A DNA stretch of 64,000 nt from the NCBI GenBank assembly GCA_030295235.1, contig AP026127.1:682001-746000 (forward strand), in the 5' to 3' direction. Below are positions 35,776-47,442 of this stretch, one piece after another. The DNA comes from Fistulifera solaris (Eukaryota). Every line of letters starts with the position of its first letter. Positions within the stretch are counted from its first letter, which is position 1. Both the position numbers and the translations under genes were made by a program. The notes under the pieces are model-generated. The model was given only the letters and a program-made list of their open reading frames with translations, had not been told where the DNA came from and ran no database searches.

Positions 35776-38012
35776 TTAAAGAAACCACGGAGCCTGTTCT
35801 TCAACGTAACGTCGGTCCAGCGCCCTCATCGTAGGCTTCATGAACTCTCGAGGACGTTCATCATCTACGAGCACTAGACGCGCGTCTAGACGAACATGGC
35901 GGATCGGTCTCCCGTCAATATTCATTCTGCAATCCATGTCTGCTTCAGGTTCGTCACAGTATTCCAAACTAATGTCTTCTTGATCGGCAAATACCTTTAC
36001 TTTGCGCGCAGGACCACAGGCCGATTGAAGAGCGTTCTCCGCCAGCATCAGCTGCCAGAATCGACCACCAATGGCGTCCACAGCCAAGTGAGCCGACACC
36101 CACTGAAAGGCACCCGCCAATATGGATTGAACACCACGGTCACCCCAACAGCCCGCTCTCCACACGACTGTTTGGTAACCATTGCGCTCACCCAAATGCT
36201 TCATTACATCAACGGGTTCACCCCCTTCTATCGTTTCCACAATAACACCATATTCTTCCAATTGCGCTTTCAATTTCTGTGTTTTTCCAAGTTCCTCTTG
36301 AATAAACGACGTTTCTGACTTTGCCAGCTTTTCGTATTCGATTGCGGCTTGTGCGCACCGTTCGGCGTCGCCGGACTCGATTGCCATGGCGGCGGCTTGT
36401 GCTAATTCGGCACATTTGGCTGCGGCGTTGGCAGCCGCCAAAGCGGCCGCTCTAGCTCTTTCATTCAAACCTCTGCGTAACAAAACCCGGGTCTTTTTGC
36501 GGCCCGTGGCTCTCCAAAAGGACTCAACATCGACACCTCTGGGTAGATTGGGATCTTTGTTCGACAAAGGCAGCTCTGGCAAGTCTGTGGCGTCCATTAC
36601 AATGATTCGTTCGACACCCGCAGGCAACTCTTCACCATGGGTAGCCAACCATTTCAAGCCATTGAGCCGTGCTGTTACCGACGTATCGTCCGTTGGTCCA
36701 TTTCCAGCTTTGGGAAAGGTCGCAACCACAGCATCTACTTGTTCGTACCACGGCATCATAGGAGATCCCATAGTCACGGGATCGCTCTCTAAACTTTCCT
36801 CTTCAAAGTCAACGTTGAAAAAGTCGCCATCTTCCCCTTCGGGTGTGGTATCGGCCCAAATAACTTCCGGTGGCGGAGCGATTTCGAAGCGGCCCAAATC
36901 ACGGTAACTTAGTTTCTTTCCATCTATTTCGGTACCAAAGGCATTGCCGTGACGCGCAAACGCCTGTACATTGTCGGACGCGACCACGGAACAGTGCAAG
37001 AATCCCAGCGGTCGTTTGAACTGACGAAAGTTATTGCGTGCCATGCGATGCAACTTGGAGTTGGCCAAAATAGCATAATCTTCGATCACCGCTTTGCACA
37101 ACGATTCACAAGCCGTTCCTACAAATACATCAATACCCGCCGCATGCAGAGCGGACGCTCCTTTGAGAGCGCGGGATTGCACAGGATCCGCGCACCCGAT
37201 CACCACCCGACGGACGCCGGTCAATTGGATCAATCGCGTCATCGGAGGCAGCGCCGTCCCCTGTCGTTCGTTGGATGGCTCCAGTGTCACGTAAAGAGTG
37301 GATTGGGACAATTCTCGACGAAAGGTTTCGTCTTCGGGCCACGAAACACACCATTCGGAAAGCGGAGTAATGGACAAGCCCGCATTTTCGAAGCACGCCC
37401 TCACGGCATGTGTATTGTAATCACTTCTTCCGTGTCCCATGATTTTGCCTTCCGCGGAAACTAAAACGGCACCAATATCGGGTTGCGGGAAGGGGGATGA
37501 ATCACTGATCATATACAGCAATGTTAGACTTTCCGACGTACATCAAGATCGTATATAGATTCCGTCCGATGAATTACGACTTACCCAGTGATGGCAGCAT
37601 CGATAGCAAGGTGCATGAACTCCTCATCCCGGGCACTCTGTGCGGGATCGACAGCAGTTTGCTGCTGTTCCAAGTTTTCTTCTACTTTCGTAGCGGAAGC
37701 TTCTTTTACAGAAATGTCTTCGGCTTGTATACTCTCCGTAGTTTCGTTCACATTCTTGGATTCGGCGGTCTCATCCTTTTCCTCTACAATTCTGTCTGTA
37801 TTCTTCTTCCCCACTATAACCTCTAACTCTGATGCTTCCTTCCCCGAAAGCCCATTGACATCTTCAACGGCTTTCTTGGCCATGAATGATTGCACTTGAA
37901 TTGCAGCATGAAACGGAGTCCGCCGCCAGTTGGATGGGGTAAAAGCGAAACTGGAGGTGATCAGCCAAAGGCTAGCAATGAACCCATGGGGCAAAAGAGC
38001 GCGTTTCATCAT
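35776..38012 (-). CDS. Plastid-targeted RibD/PyrR-like protein with a degenerate deaminase domain; intron 37505-37584
   Basis: DEEFMHLAI, P.IGAVLV, STLYVTLEP, GVRRVVIGCADP; signal peptide + FAF. Confidence 0.75.
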
Positions 38013-38492
38013 TGCGCTGTCGACTTTCTCGCTTCAAATGATATTAAATAGTTAATAGTTTGAGGAACATACCAATAGATGGAAATGAAAGTGATTGATT
38101 ATGTCGTCGGAATTGAAGAATCATCATATCGCATCTGCGTCTCGATCGTCTCGTCGCGGGGGACGAGTTTTTCTCGTGTCGCTGACATCACTCGTGGCGC
38201 TCGTACGGCGACCGAACTAGGAATGCTTTTAGGCGCCTTCTATTATTTTAAAGCCCTTCATCATCTATAAGTCGGTCGTCAAAACATAATTATAAAGCAA
38301 CAAGCAACTACATATTCCATGCATTACCTGGTATATATCGATCGTTTGTCTTTAACTGTGCTGATTTATTCACAAATAGACTAAGATTGACTCGAGCAAG
38401 TTAAGTTTCGTCCCACAAAAACATGAACTGGATATTCTAAACACTATTACTATTTAATGAATCAATTGACTACTTTTGTCACTGCAGCTCCT

Positions 38493-39156
38493 CTACTTTC
38501 CCTGAGCCGTCAGCCATTCTACTACTTGATCAATGTTCGTACATTGCAAGGCGGAGATGGGTAGCACAACCCAAGGCGTCTCCATGACATAATTTAACTG
38601 CAACGCCTCAATTAATTCTTGCTCACCAACATGATCGGGAAGATCAATTTTATTCGCCAGCACCAATACGGGCGTAGTGCCGATACTACCGTCGTCGAGT
38701 AGTTTGTGCAATTCCTTTTTCGCGGCCGGTAGTTTGTTGGGTGCCGCCGCGTCCACTACATACAAGACAACGTCACATCCTTTCGTATATCGAGACCATT
38801 CTGACCGATATTGTTCCTGTCCTCCAATATCCCAGCATTTCATGTTCACTTGTCCCTTTTTGAAGACTTTGACATTGAGACCGATCGTCGGGACCGTTTC
38901 GACGGGTTCGCCGTGCGCCAGAACAGAAAGTAAAGTCGTTTTGCCACTAAATTACATATAATCAAATATCACCAGATAAAGGACACAAGTAAGAAAGATA
39001 CGTTTGGTTCAAACAAATGAGATTGAGCTCACAGTGGATGAATAAATCGCCAAAAATAGCACTTCAATCGCCGTACCTATTTTCCAGCCCAATGACCACT
39101 ATGTCCAGCTTTTTCGTATAAAAAATCTCAAGTAACCGAGTAAGGAGAGCCCCCAT
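38493..39156 (-). CDS. ARL8: ARF-like small GTPase, ARL8-like; intron 38947-39076
   Basis: GLENSGKTT, PTIGLN, WDIGGQ, NKID, ISA. Confidence 0.8.
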
Positions 39157-39545
39157 CTTGTTAAGTTTAATTAATCTTCTTCTAGCACTCGTTGTATGTT
39201 CTGGTTATTATTCTGTTGATGATGTTTGCGTTTTTGTGTTGTGTTTTTTTCGTCGTCGTGTGTTCGATTTTTTGCGTTTTCGGAAAAATGACCATGTCGC
39301 ATGGCGAGAAGCGGGTTTCATTTGCTAAATACAAATACTCTTAGTAAATGCGATATTAACTTTTTTACCAGTATACAATTTTTGTGTAGACGACCTTTTC
39401 CCCGACTCGATACCATTATCAGTCACGAAACAGGTCCATCAAAATAGAACCCCATCACCAGGAGTCAAATAACAATATCAGTTAATTTACAAGTGCATAT
39501 CATCCATCGCTTCAATATAGAACCCTGGAGTCCTTGATCTAATTT

Positions 39546-40865
39546 CTAGGCCGTGGTCCCCTGACAGCTGGACCCCATACCTGCCGTGCAACCAAAGCAA
39601 TGATTGTCTGTACGGATCTTGTACTCCCGTAAATCAAAAGAATCAATGTCAAAGACCGAAAGATTATCCTTCAGTCCATAACCTAGCTGCTGATTGAAAT
39701 CGCAATCAAACAATTTTCCATCGTAACCCACACTCACCAAATCACGACACATGAGCGTATCGAGTGTATCGGCATTGAAATTTCGTACCAACAAGTCCAT
39801 GTAGTCCTTCAGTTCATCACGTCGGTGCAAGAAGTCCGCAAAACGCTTAATCGGCATATTCGTAATGGTAAACAAGGAGTTGAACAAGATACCAAAATTC
39901 TCTTCCAGTTGTTCTTTGTAAACGGTTTCCAGTTTTCCCTGTTCCGGGGGCAAAAAGGCACCCAGAGGATTGTAGACCAGATCCAAACCCAGTGCTTCAT
40001 CTTTACCGTATCCGGCTTCATTCAACGCCAGCAAAGCCGCAATCGACCGTTCAAAGACACCATTCCCTCGCTGCTGATTGACATTCTCCGACGAGTAGCA
40101 CGGCAGACTCGCAATGACACGAACCCGATGCTCCTTCAAAAAGTCAATCAAATCCTCTTGCCCCGGTTCTTGCAAAACGGTCAAATTACAACGATCGATA
40201 ATCTCCAGATCGGGCCGCATGGAACGTGCCATGCTTACTAGGTAACGGAATTGCGCATTCAATTCGGGTGCTCCACCCGTAATGTCGAGTGTTTGAATCG
40301 AAGGCGTTTTCATCAGCAAGTCCAGACACTGTGCCGCCGTTTCCGCCGTCATCATTTCTTGTTTGCGGAGGGGTGAACTTTCGACGTGACAATGATCACA
40401 GGCTTGATTGCAGTACAAACCAATGTTTAATTGTAAAATGGTGGGTAATTTGCGATCAAAGTTGGCGGGTAAAAAATCGGAAAAGTGTTTGACTCCCAAA
40501 TCATCGAGAGCGCGACGACGCAACGTGCGTTCTTCTTTGTTTAGAAGAACGGGTTTGGGTTGAGAAGATGAACCTTCCATGCCAGCCAGTGTTTGCTCGA
40601 CGAGCGATTGTCCGAACAAGTCCTTGCGACGCCATTTTTGGGTCTTTTCAACACGAATTTTGTCAATTTCGACAGGCGTTTTCCCATAGTCAGGAAGATC
40701 GAATCGAGATGTGGAGGAAGCATTGCTACTATTTTCTTTGGTGGAAGAGTGTAAAGCACTTATTGTTGTAGGGGTTGTAAAGAATCGAGCAGGTTGTTGA
40801 GGGGCCGTGAAAGCGTTTGCCACCGAAAGCCACGACAGCAGTAGCGCCGAGTAAGAAAGCCGCAT
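39546..40865 (-). CDS. arsS: Plastid-targeted radical SAM/Cys-rich (DUF3641) protein, ArsS family
   Basis: QLNIGLYCNQACDHCHVESSP, DITGGAPELN, NMPIKRF, DCDFNQ, HCFGCTAGMGSSCQG; presequence ANAFTAP. Confidence 0.85.
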   Translation of the reverse strand: MRLSYSALLLSWLSVANAFTAPQQPARFFTTPTTISALHSSTKENSSNASSTSRFDLPDYGKTPVEIDKIRVEKTQKWRRKDLFGQSLVEQTLAGMEGSSSQPKPVLLNKEERTLRRRALDDLGVKHFSDFLPANFDRKLPTILQLNIGLYCNQACDHCHVESSPLRKQEMMTAETAAQCLDLLMKTPSIQTLDITGGAPELNAQFRYLVSMARSMRPDLEIIDRCNLTVLQEPGQEDLIDFLKEHRVRVIASLPCYSSENVNQQRGNGVFERSIAALLALNEAGYGKDEALGLDLVYNPLGAFLPPEQGKLETVYKEQLEENFGILFNSLFTITNMPIKRFADFLHRRDELKDYMDLLVRNFNADTLDTLMCRDLVSVGYDGKLFDCDFNQQLGYGLKDNLSVFDIDSFDLREYKIRTDNHCFGCTAGMGSSCQGTTA

Positions 40866-40984
40866 TGTTGAGAGTGAATGAAACAAAAGATGATACGAAA
40901 GGGACTTGTTTGCGAATGATGTATCAAGACAATAATAAACAGCGAGATCTTTTCCCAACATTTTTTTTTTTATTACAGTAGTCA

Positions 40985-41065
40985 GGAAACGACGTTAAAA
41001 TTCTGCCGCGCCGTAGGCTCTACGTAGAAATTTGTACTGAGAGGCAGAATTTTAACGTCCTTTCC
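40985..41065. mobile_element. 81-bp hairpin/MITE-like element, copy 2
   Basis: Near-identical to 5722-5802. The flanks gtagtc-a / a-gactac extend the inverted repeat. Confidence 0.8.
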
Positions 41066-41322
41066 AGACTACCTCATTCTTTTCTGCGTCAGATTTGATT
41101 GGTTTCCCTAAATGCCGTACCGGTATCTAACCGACTATCAGATCAACTGTAGGTTTACATCCCAGTGACTCAGACCAGCCCGCAGTCCCGTCAGTATCGA
41201 CAAAGCGAAAAACAGATATGCTGATGCACAATAAGTAATATAAAAAAATAAGAAAGGAGTAATAATATTACTTTGCCTTGTTAATCGTAACTTCAAACCA
41301 ATTCACTTTATATTGCAATACA

Positions 41323-41705
41323 ATGGGAAATCAACCGAGCTCCGCGACCGAGAACCTTTCCTCGGAGCCGAGAAATCTCGACGACACGGCCCCAGCGAAC
41401 GTGCCTCCATCATCGCGCCTGGATACGACACAAATCACACGCCCCCAAAAGAAACGCGAGGGCATGGCATTGATTCAATACCGGTGTCGATCTTCCAAAG
41501 CCAAGTATGAGAAATGTGTTTCCGATTGGTACGGCAATGAATTCATGAAAGGCGATTACGCGAATCAAGAAGATGCGTGTGGGGATTTGTTTGAAATGTA
41601 CAAAAAATGTGTTTTAAAAGGCGTACGGAAAGAATTCTGGGGTAACAAAAGGAGAAACCCAAAGAAGGTAGCTTTTTGTCCGAGCTGGAGGGTGACGAGG
41701 ATTAG
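41323..41705 (+). CDS. Mdm35/TRIAP1-like twin CX9C protein; frameshift near 41648
   Basis: CRSSKAKYEKCVSDWYGNEF..CGDLFEMYKKC. Confidence 0.8.
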
Positions 41706-41792
41706 GAGTGTACCGAGGATGTGTTGCTAATAGAAGAAAATAGAATTTCACTACAACTACAACATTTTGACTCGCGAAACGATTCTAAATAT

Positions 41793-42704
41793 TTACATGG
41801 AACGCAAAAGTCCTTTCGCTCTGCTGGAATCTGGTCGAGCCTGCACGAATAAATTGTCTTCCCCTGTTTGGTGTATCCTGACATCGGGGTCAAGATACAG
41901 GACATCAAAGAACGCCTTGGGCGGCTTGGGCCCACTCTTTCGCCGCAATAAACGCGACGTCCACACCAGCAATCGCGTCAAAAAAGTGGCTGGAACGGGA
42001 ATGTACAGTGACCAGCGTTTGGGAACGAAGAAGAATCGACGAAAGGTGATTTTGGCGTATCGAAATTCCAAGGCTACGCGTTGTGGATTGAGTGCCGTGG
42101 CTTTGATTTTGACGAGTAATTGTTCGATGAGTCCGGGTTTGTTCTTGGCGTTAGCCCCTGGAATGAAATCAATGATGTTCGACATCCATCCGTTGACAGC
42201 ATCCACTTCATTTCGAATAATGGCATCGCCGCGCTTGGAATTCTTGGAAAAGGCCGCATCGGCGGCTGTACTAAAGAGCAATTTCCACGGCCCGTGTAAA
42301 GGGCAATCTTCGGCGGCTTGCGGTGTACCCCAAGCATGCGTGGCTTCTGTGGTCGGATTAAAAGCAGCTAATTGATGACATATGCTCGTAATATCGTCCG
42401 CGACGACGCCCGTGGCATCGGAAATGCCGTAAAAATTCACTTTTTGCGGGGCACGCGTTTTTGGATCGAGTTCACCACCTTTGACACCGTACTCAATGCT
42501 TGTTGGCGTAGTGCCATCCAGTGCTTGAATGGCACGGAGTAGATCAATTTTCTGGAATAACTGGGTTTTCAAGGCTTCGGCGTCATGGGAGGCGTTCTCG
42601 ATTCGTGTTGTAAGGGGTCGCCGACCGTTCGTCGGAAGAAGAAACGAATGAACGTTCGCAATGATAGTATGAACGAGTGAAAGTACTATTAATTTCGATT
42701 GCAT
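41793..42704 (-). CDS. Plastid lipid-associated (PAP/fibrillin) family protein
   Basis: LAAFNPT, LHGPWKLLFST, FDVLYLDPDVRIHQTGEDNLFV; signal peptide + HSF. Confidence 0.85.
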   Translation of the reverse strand: MQSKLIVLSLVHTIIANVHSFLLPTNGRRPLTTRIENASHDAEALKTQLFQKIDLLRAIQALDGTTPTSIEYGVKGGELDPKTRAPQKVNFYGISDATGVVADDITSICHQLAAFNPTTEATHAWGTPQAAEDCPLHGPWKLLFSTAADAAFSKNSKRGDAIIRNEVDAVNGWMSNIIDFIPGANAKNKPGLIEQLLVKIKATALNPQRVALEFRYAKITFRRFFFVPKRWSLYIPVPATFLTRLLVWTSRLLRRKSGPKPPKAFFDVLYLDPDVRIHQTGEDNLFVQARPDSSRAKGLLRSM

Positions 42705-43152
42705 GAGTCGTTATTTTTGTCGTTCTCGATGGCGTACAAAATTGCATTTCTTATTGAGTCCTTTACAATCGGCAACGCTCTCATCACTTTTTTGTGGATG
42801 TTGCGACGACGAAATCGGCGACGGCTTTATTATTTGTCGCGGTCCTGGACGAGTTTCCAATCAACTGACGTCACATCATAATGAGGTGAGCTAGTTTAAT
42901 ACTCTGTACTATACTACTCCGTAATAAGAATGCTACAATTTGGCCGAGACTCCTCATCACCGTTTCTGTTTCTGCACCTCTTCCTTGGCTGCGCGCGCCC
43001 AGGTTTGATTTCGCTCGTGTCGCTCGTCCTCGCGTCGCTCTTCGTTCCGTCGCTCAGGAAGCATTGTTTCCAAGGCATACAATAGTCATAAGTGTGTTGC
43101 ATATCTTCCATTCCATCATACTGAAATCGCTTGAAAGTTTTTGTCATAAAAA

Positions 43153-44799
43153 ATGGGGAAAACACGAGTAGGAGCCATTGTGCGCGAAGCAGTCGGTACC
43201 AAAGGCAGTGCTAACAATCAGAGTGCAGATTTGCAAGCACTGACCGAGAAATACAAAGTTTTCTGTAAGAATGTTAAAGGTCTCGTGAACTCGTTGCAAC
43301 AACATCATGCGACATTGGCTCAAATAGGGAAAACACGCTTAGCGGTACGTTTCTGCTGTGAAATCGTCGTTACAAGAATACTTCACAAAACGTCTTCGGA
43401 TCTTTGACGCGACGCACTTTTTGCTTACATACTTTGCATCCTTTAGGTGGCTCAAAGTGTTGCGGTTTTTAGCAAAAACACTCCCTTGTGGGACGCTGGA
43501 GGTCAAATGCCCGGTGCCGATCGTCCAGCAGAGACCGTATGTTCCTATGCATCGATTCATGATAAACTCGCCGCTAAGCATAACGGCTACGTGCAGAAGT
43601 ATCAACAATTTATTTTGCAATACGTTGTAGAATGGGAAAAGACTGTCACTACACGCGTCGAGAATGGTTTGAAAAAGGTCGAAGAACAGCGTCGGGAATT
43701 GAATCATTACCAAAAGAAGGTCGAAACACTGCGAACATCTTCCAACAAAGTCCTGACGTCTGGAAAATCACTCAAGGGAGAACAAGCCGAAAAGTTGAAA
43801 CGCAACGAAGAAAAATTGATTGCGGCCAAGCAATCGTACAATAAAATGTCGTCGGCTTTGTGTATTCTGATGGATGAGATTTCGGAGCGATATTGGCGTG
43901 ACTTGCATCCCGTCATGATCAAGGCGACGCAATTCGATATGACGATTGCGTCAGATGAAGCCAAGATTACGACCGAATTGAATCAAGTGGTCTCGAAATT
44001 GAAGCAGGTGGCCGATCAGAATGGAATTACCGCTCAGGATCGTCTTAAAGATTTGGGTAGTTTGAATCCGGAATTGTTGTCGACGCGACCCGGGGGTGTG
44101 GCCGGATTTGCGGCACTCGAAGCGGATACGTCGATGCCGTTGGGTGGATCTCTGTCCAGTGGAGGTATTTTTGGAACAGGAGGTGCCATTAGTCGTGACT
44201 CGTCGTTTGGAAGTTTCGATGTACCCCCGACAAGCGGAAACAGCAGCGGCTTCAATCCGATTCCGGCCATGGCCACCATGTCCCTTCAACAGCAACTGGC
44301 ACCGCCACCGACGCTCGATGATGTATACGGCAGTTCCATGTACGGCGCTCCTCCTGCTGCTCCTTATAATCCATCCGCATCGTTTTCGGCTCCGCCTATG
44401 ATCTCGTCGTTTGGCTCGGGCAGTTTCAGCGCGGATAGTACTTCGGGAGGAGCAGCGCCGCCCCCGGCCGGTCCTCCTCCGCCGCCTCCGCCGGGTGGTT
44501 ATGGTCAAGCGATGGTATCCGCACCCGCCAGTATGCCCAGTCCCTATGCTTTGGATCCGTACGCGACGGCTCCTGCCCCATCGTGGGGCGCTCCACCGAC
44601 ACCCAGCTCGCAATATTCCATGCCACCACCACCCCCGAACAACTTTGCTTCGGCATCTCCATCGTCGTCGTATGGAGCACCGCCACCCTCGTATGGAGCG
44701 CCGCCCGCGTACGGCAATGCACCTCCTCCGTACGGAGCACCGCCCAGTCCTTATGGAGCACCACCGCCGGCGGCCAATAGCAACCCATTCCATTACTAA
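43153..44799 (+). CDS. BAR-domain protein with long Pro-rich tail; intron 43345-43446
   Basis: Helical N-terminal region (ELNHYQKKV..KLKRNEEKL) followed by PPP/YGAPPP repeats. Confidence 0.75.
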
Positions 44800-45064
44800 T
44801 TGATTGCGAACAATAACTCTACCAATATAAACACATTTTGCATCTCATTCAAAAATATCTCATAGCTTCACACTTTTTCTAGATAAAAATTTTGTGAGGG
44901 TGGTTTCCAGCCGGCCCATCGGAAGAATCTTGAGGCATACAGGTTGAATCGTGAGAGAAAAAACCTACAACGTGAACAGGACAACAAATATATTATCAAA
45001 TTAATGGAACCATTCTGTTTTTTTTTTTTAATTTTTCGTCGTTTTACAGCGAAAGTGCGATTAA

Positions 45065-46441
45065 TTAGGGAAATCGTTGCACCGCCAAGGTACTTCCGTA
45101 TTCTTGATACTCCGCCTGACTCAACCACAATTGTTGAAAACTGCCTAAACTCGTCAAAATACTCCCCCCAATCCACGCCGCCGACGTCCGTTCTTCCAAA
45201 TACAGACTGCAATGAATTTTGGGCGTAAATGCACTGGGCCAATGGAGTCGACTGGACAAGGCGGATGCCAATTGCGAGACACCCGACATGCCTCCTACGA
45301 GAATTATTTGGGAGGCCAATTCTTTCCGCACGGGCACGTCACCTACGGCACTAAGTGATTCGTGTAGCAATTGATGCAACGGGGCATTGGAGAGTGTCGT
45401 ACAAGGCGGTATCGTAGCAGAAGATTCGATAAAGGGTGTCGATTCGGAAAACAAAAGTTCATGAACTTGACACATATCTTGTGATACATTCAAAGTCGTT
45501 CCATCCGGTAACTGATATCCCAACGGCGTCGTGATATCCTCCAACGACGGCGAGGAAAAAGGTACAGTTGTCGGTGGTGTCAACGAAAGAGGCCACATGT
45601 ATTCACTGGTCCGAAATTCTCGAAACATATCTTGCATAGCCCATCGATGGAAGGCAGAATGGTTGCCTGCGGAAGGCTGAGTCTGTCGGATTTGATACCG
45701 CGGACGCAGTGTCGCTTGTTGCGACAAGGCCGCATGCCACAAAATATGATCCAACCAGTCACCACCCCGCCCATTCCGGCGTTGCGCTTGTTTCAACACC
45801 AAGCCATCGACGACCGGTGTCACCCGACATCCTCCCGCCCCCAAATCGACCACGGTCGCCGTCGATCGTCCCATGGCAAAGGCTGCCAACATGGGTGTTG
45901 GCGCCACAAAGAGTGCGGGACATTGCCACGTTTCCATACACAATTCAGTCATTTGTTGAATCTGTTTGCGTTGATTGCTGGCACTGGCCAAGTCGGTACA
46001 TCCCGGTGCAACCAGTAATAACGGATGCACAACGGGTTGATCGAGCGTCGTAGAATCGTCGATGGCCTCATTCTTTGTTTCAGCATTCTTTGTTTTCAAT
46101 GAAACAGGACGACTGCGATGTTTCGTCGCGTGCCGCACCATCATTCGTTCGAGTGCTTGCTCCCAAACACTTTGATACGCATCCCAATCATACACACATT
46201 CTCCTTGTGATAAATATGACACTGGATCAATGCCAGGTGCATCTTTCATAGACGGCGGTTGCATGACGGTGCGAATCTCCGTCTCTGGTGATTTGTAACA
46301 CGAAGAAAGGACCTTTCCCGATGCATCGACGCCTCGAGACGAAACGACGTAACGCGGCGCATCATCCCCGCCGTATCCAAACCGAGCCACGTGACTGCCC
46401 ACATCGCCCACAAACGAGCCCGTTTCGTCACCGCAGTACAT
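45065..46441 (-). CDS. ARP4: Nuclear actin-related protein ARP4-like
   Basis: MYCGDE..DVGSH..RFGYGGDDAP, PVVDG, AWIGGSILTSLGSFQQLWLSQAEYQEYG. Confidence 0.9.
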   Translation of the reverse strand: MYCGDETGSFVGDVGSHVARFGYGGDDAPRYVVSSRGVDASGKVLSSCYKSPETEIRTVMQPPSMKDAPGIDPVSYLSQGECVYDWDAYQSVWEQALERMMVRHATKHRSRPVSLKTKNAETKNEAIDDSTTLDQPVVHPLLLVAPGCTDLASASNQRKQIQQMTELCMETWQCPALFVAPTPMLAAFAMGRSTATVVDLGAGGCRVTPVVDGLVLKQAQRRNGRGGDWLDHILWHAALSQQATLRPRYQIRQTQPSAGNHSAFHRWAMQDMFREFRTSEYMWPLSLTPPTTVPFSSPSLEDITTPLGYQLPDGTTLNVSQDMCQVHELLFSESTPFIESSATIPPCTTLSNAPLHQLLHESLSAVGDVPVRKELASQIILVGGMSGVSQLASALSSRLHWPSAFTPKIHCSLYLEERTSAAWIGGSILTSLGSFQQLWLSQAEYQEYGSTLAVQRFP

Positions 46442-46659
46442 TACTAGTTAGAAGGAGTGTCTGAAACAGTAAGGAAAAAACACAAAAAGAAGTGAAGTTT
46501 GTTTGTTGTATTATCAGCACTTCATCATTGTGGCGCTGCGGACGCTTTTTGGGAAAAATATACACTCCGGTATAAACGTCGGAAAACAAGCTACATTCTA
46601 CCTTAAGGATGAGGATAATACAAAGTAAAAAACGTATATTACTCCGTAGTACCTAAACT

Positions 46660-47300
46660 ATTTCGAAGCGATTCGACGTAAAGCATCAATGCGTGCATTG
46701 CAAATGCTTCTAAAAACAATTCAGTTGTAGCTCAGCAAACTTGTAGAATCAACGGAGTTAAACTAACATAATCTAGCTCGGAAGAATCATGATTCATGAC
46801 TAAAAAGCAGTCGGACGAAAAACGGACAACATTTTGATCTATAGTAAATTATAGGAAATTTAGGAGGACAATGTTCACAAGGCGTTTCCACGTAATCAGT
46901 CGAGGCGTGCATATCAACTTCTGCTAAATGTCTCATTGAGTTATGATAAAGGCATTCGTAGCACAAGATACCAGCAGAACGGTATAGTCAGTAACGTATT
47001 CTTGCGCGGACGATTTTTTCGATTCATGACTAAAATCAATCGTGAAAAAAGTCATCTTCACTTTGGTCTATAGTAAACAGGGAAAAAGTTCTCATCAAGC
47101 TTTTCGATGTGAATGAATATCAAATCTTACATTGCAAATGCAGCGTGCTTTGAACGCTCAATTGACCTATTTGTTAAAATGGCTGGAGTTGAACGGAATT
47201 GTAGAACGAGTGGGGTTTTGTTTATTGATTCATTCATAACTAAAAAGTGGGAGTGTCGTGGAAAAGTCGCTGATACAATTTAAGCTATAGTAAATACTGA
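46660..47300. repeat. Degenerate tandem repeat, ~210-230 bp period, ~3 copies
   Basis: attcat(g/a)actaaaa ... ctatagtaaa blocks at ~46791, 47021 and 47231; cattgcaaatgc at ~46696 and ~47130. Confidence 0.65.
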
Positions 47301-47442
47301 AGAGACAACGCAAAAAATATCCAAAAAATATAGTGATGCAATAACCTATCGTCGTCTATCCTATAACCCATAATTATCAATCAAGTACCATCCGACAGAA
47401 CCGAATTCGCTTTTCGATTACTCTTTGAAAGCTTGATTGCTC

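Noticed and set aside
43951..44793. Long antisense Arg-rich ORF and similar shadow ORFs opposite real genes
   Set aside because: These are antisense or alternative frames of GC-rich, Pro-rich coding sequence.
46450..47430. Centromere candidate (AT-rich intergenic region)
   Set aside because: Only ~1 kb and modestly AT-rich; it cannot be supported without genome-wide GC or CENH3 data.
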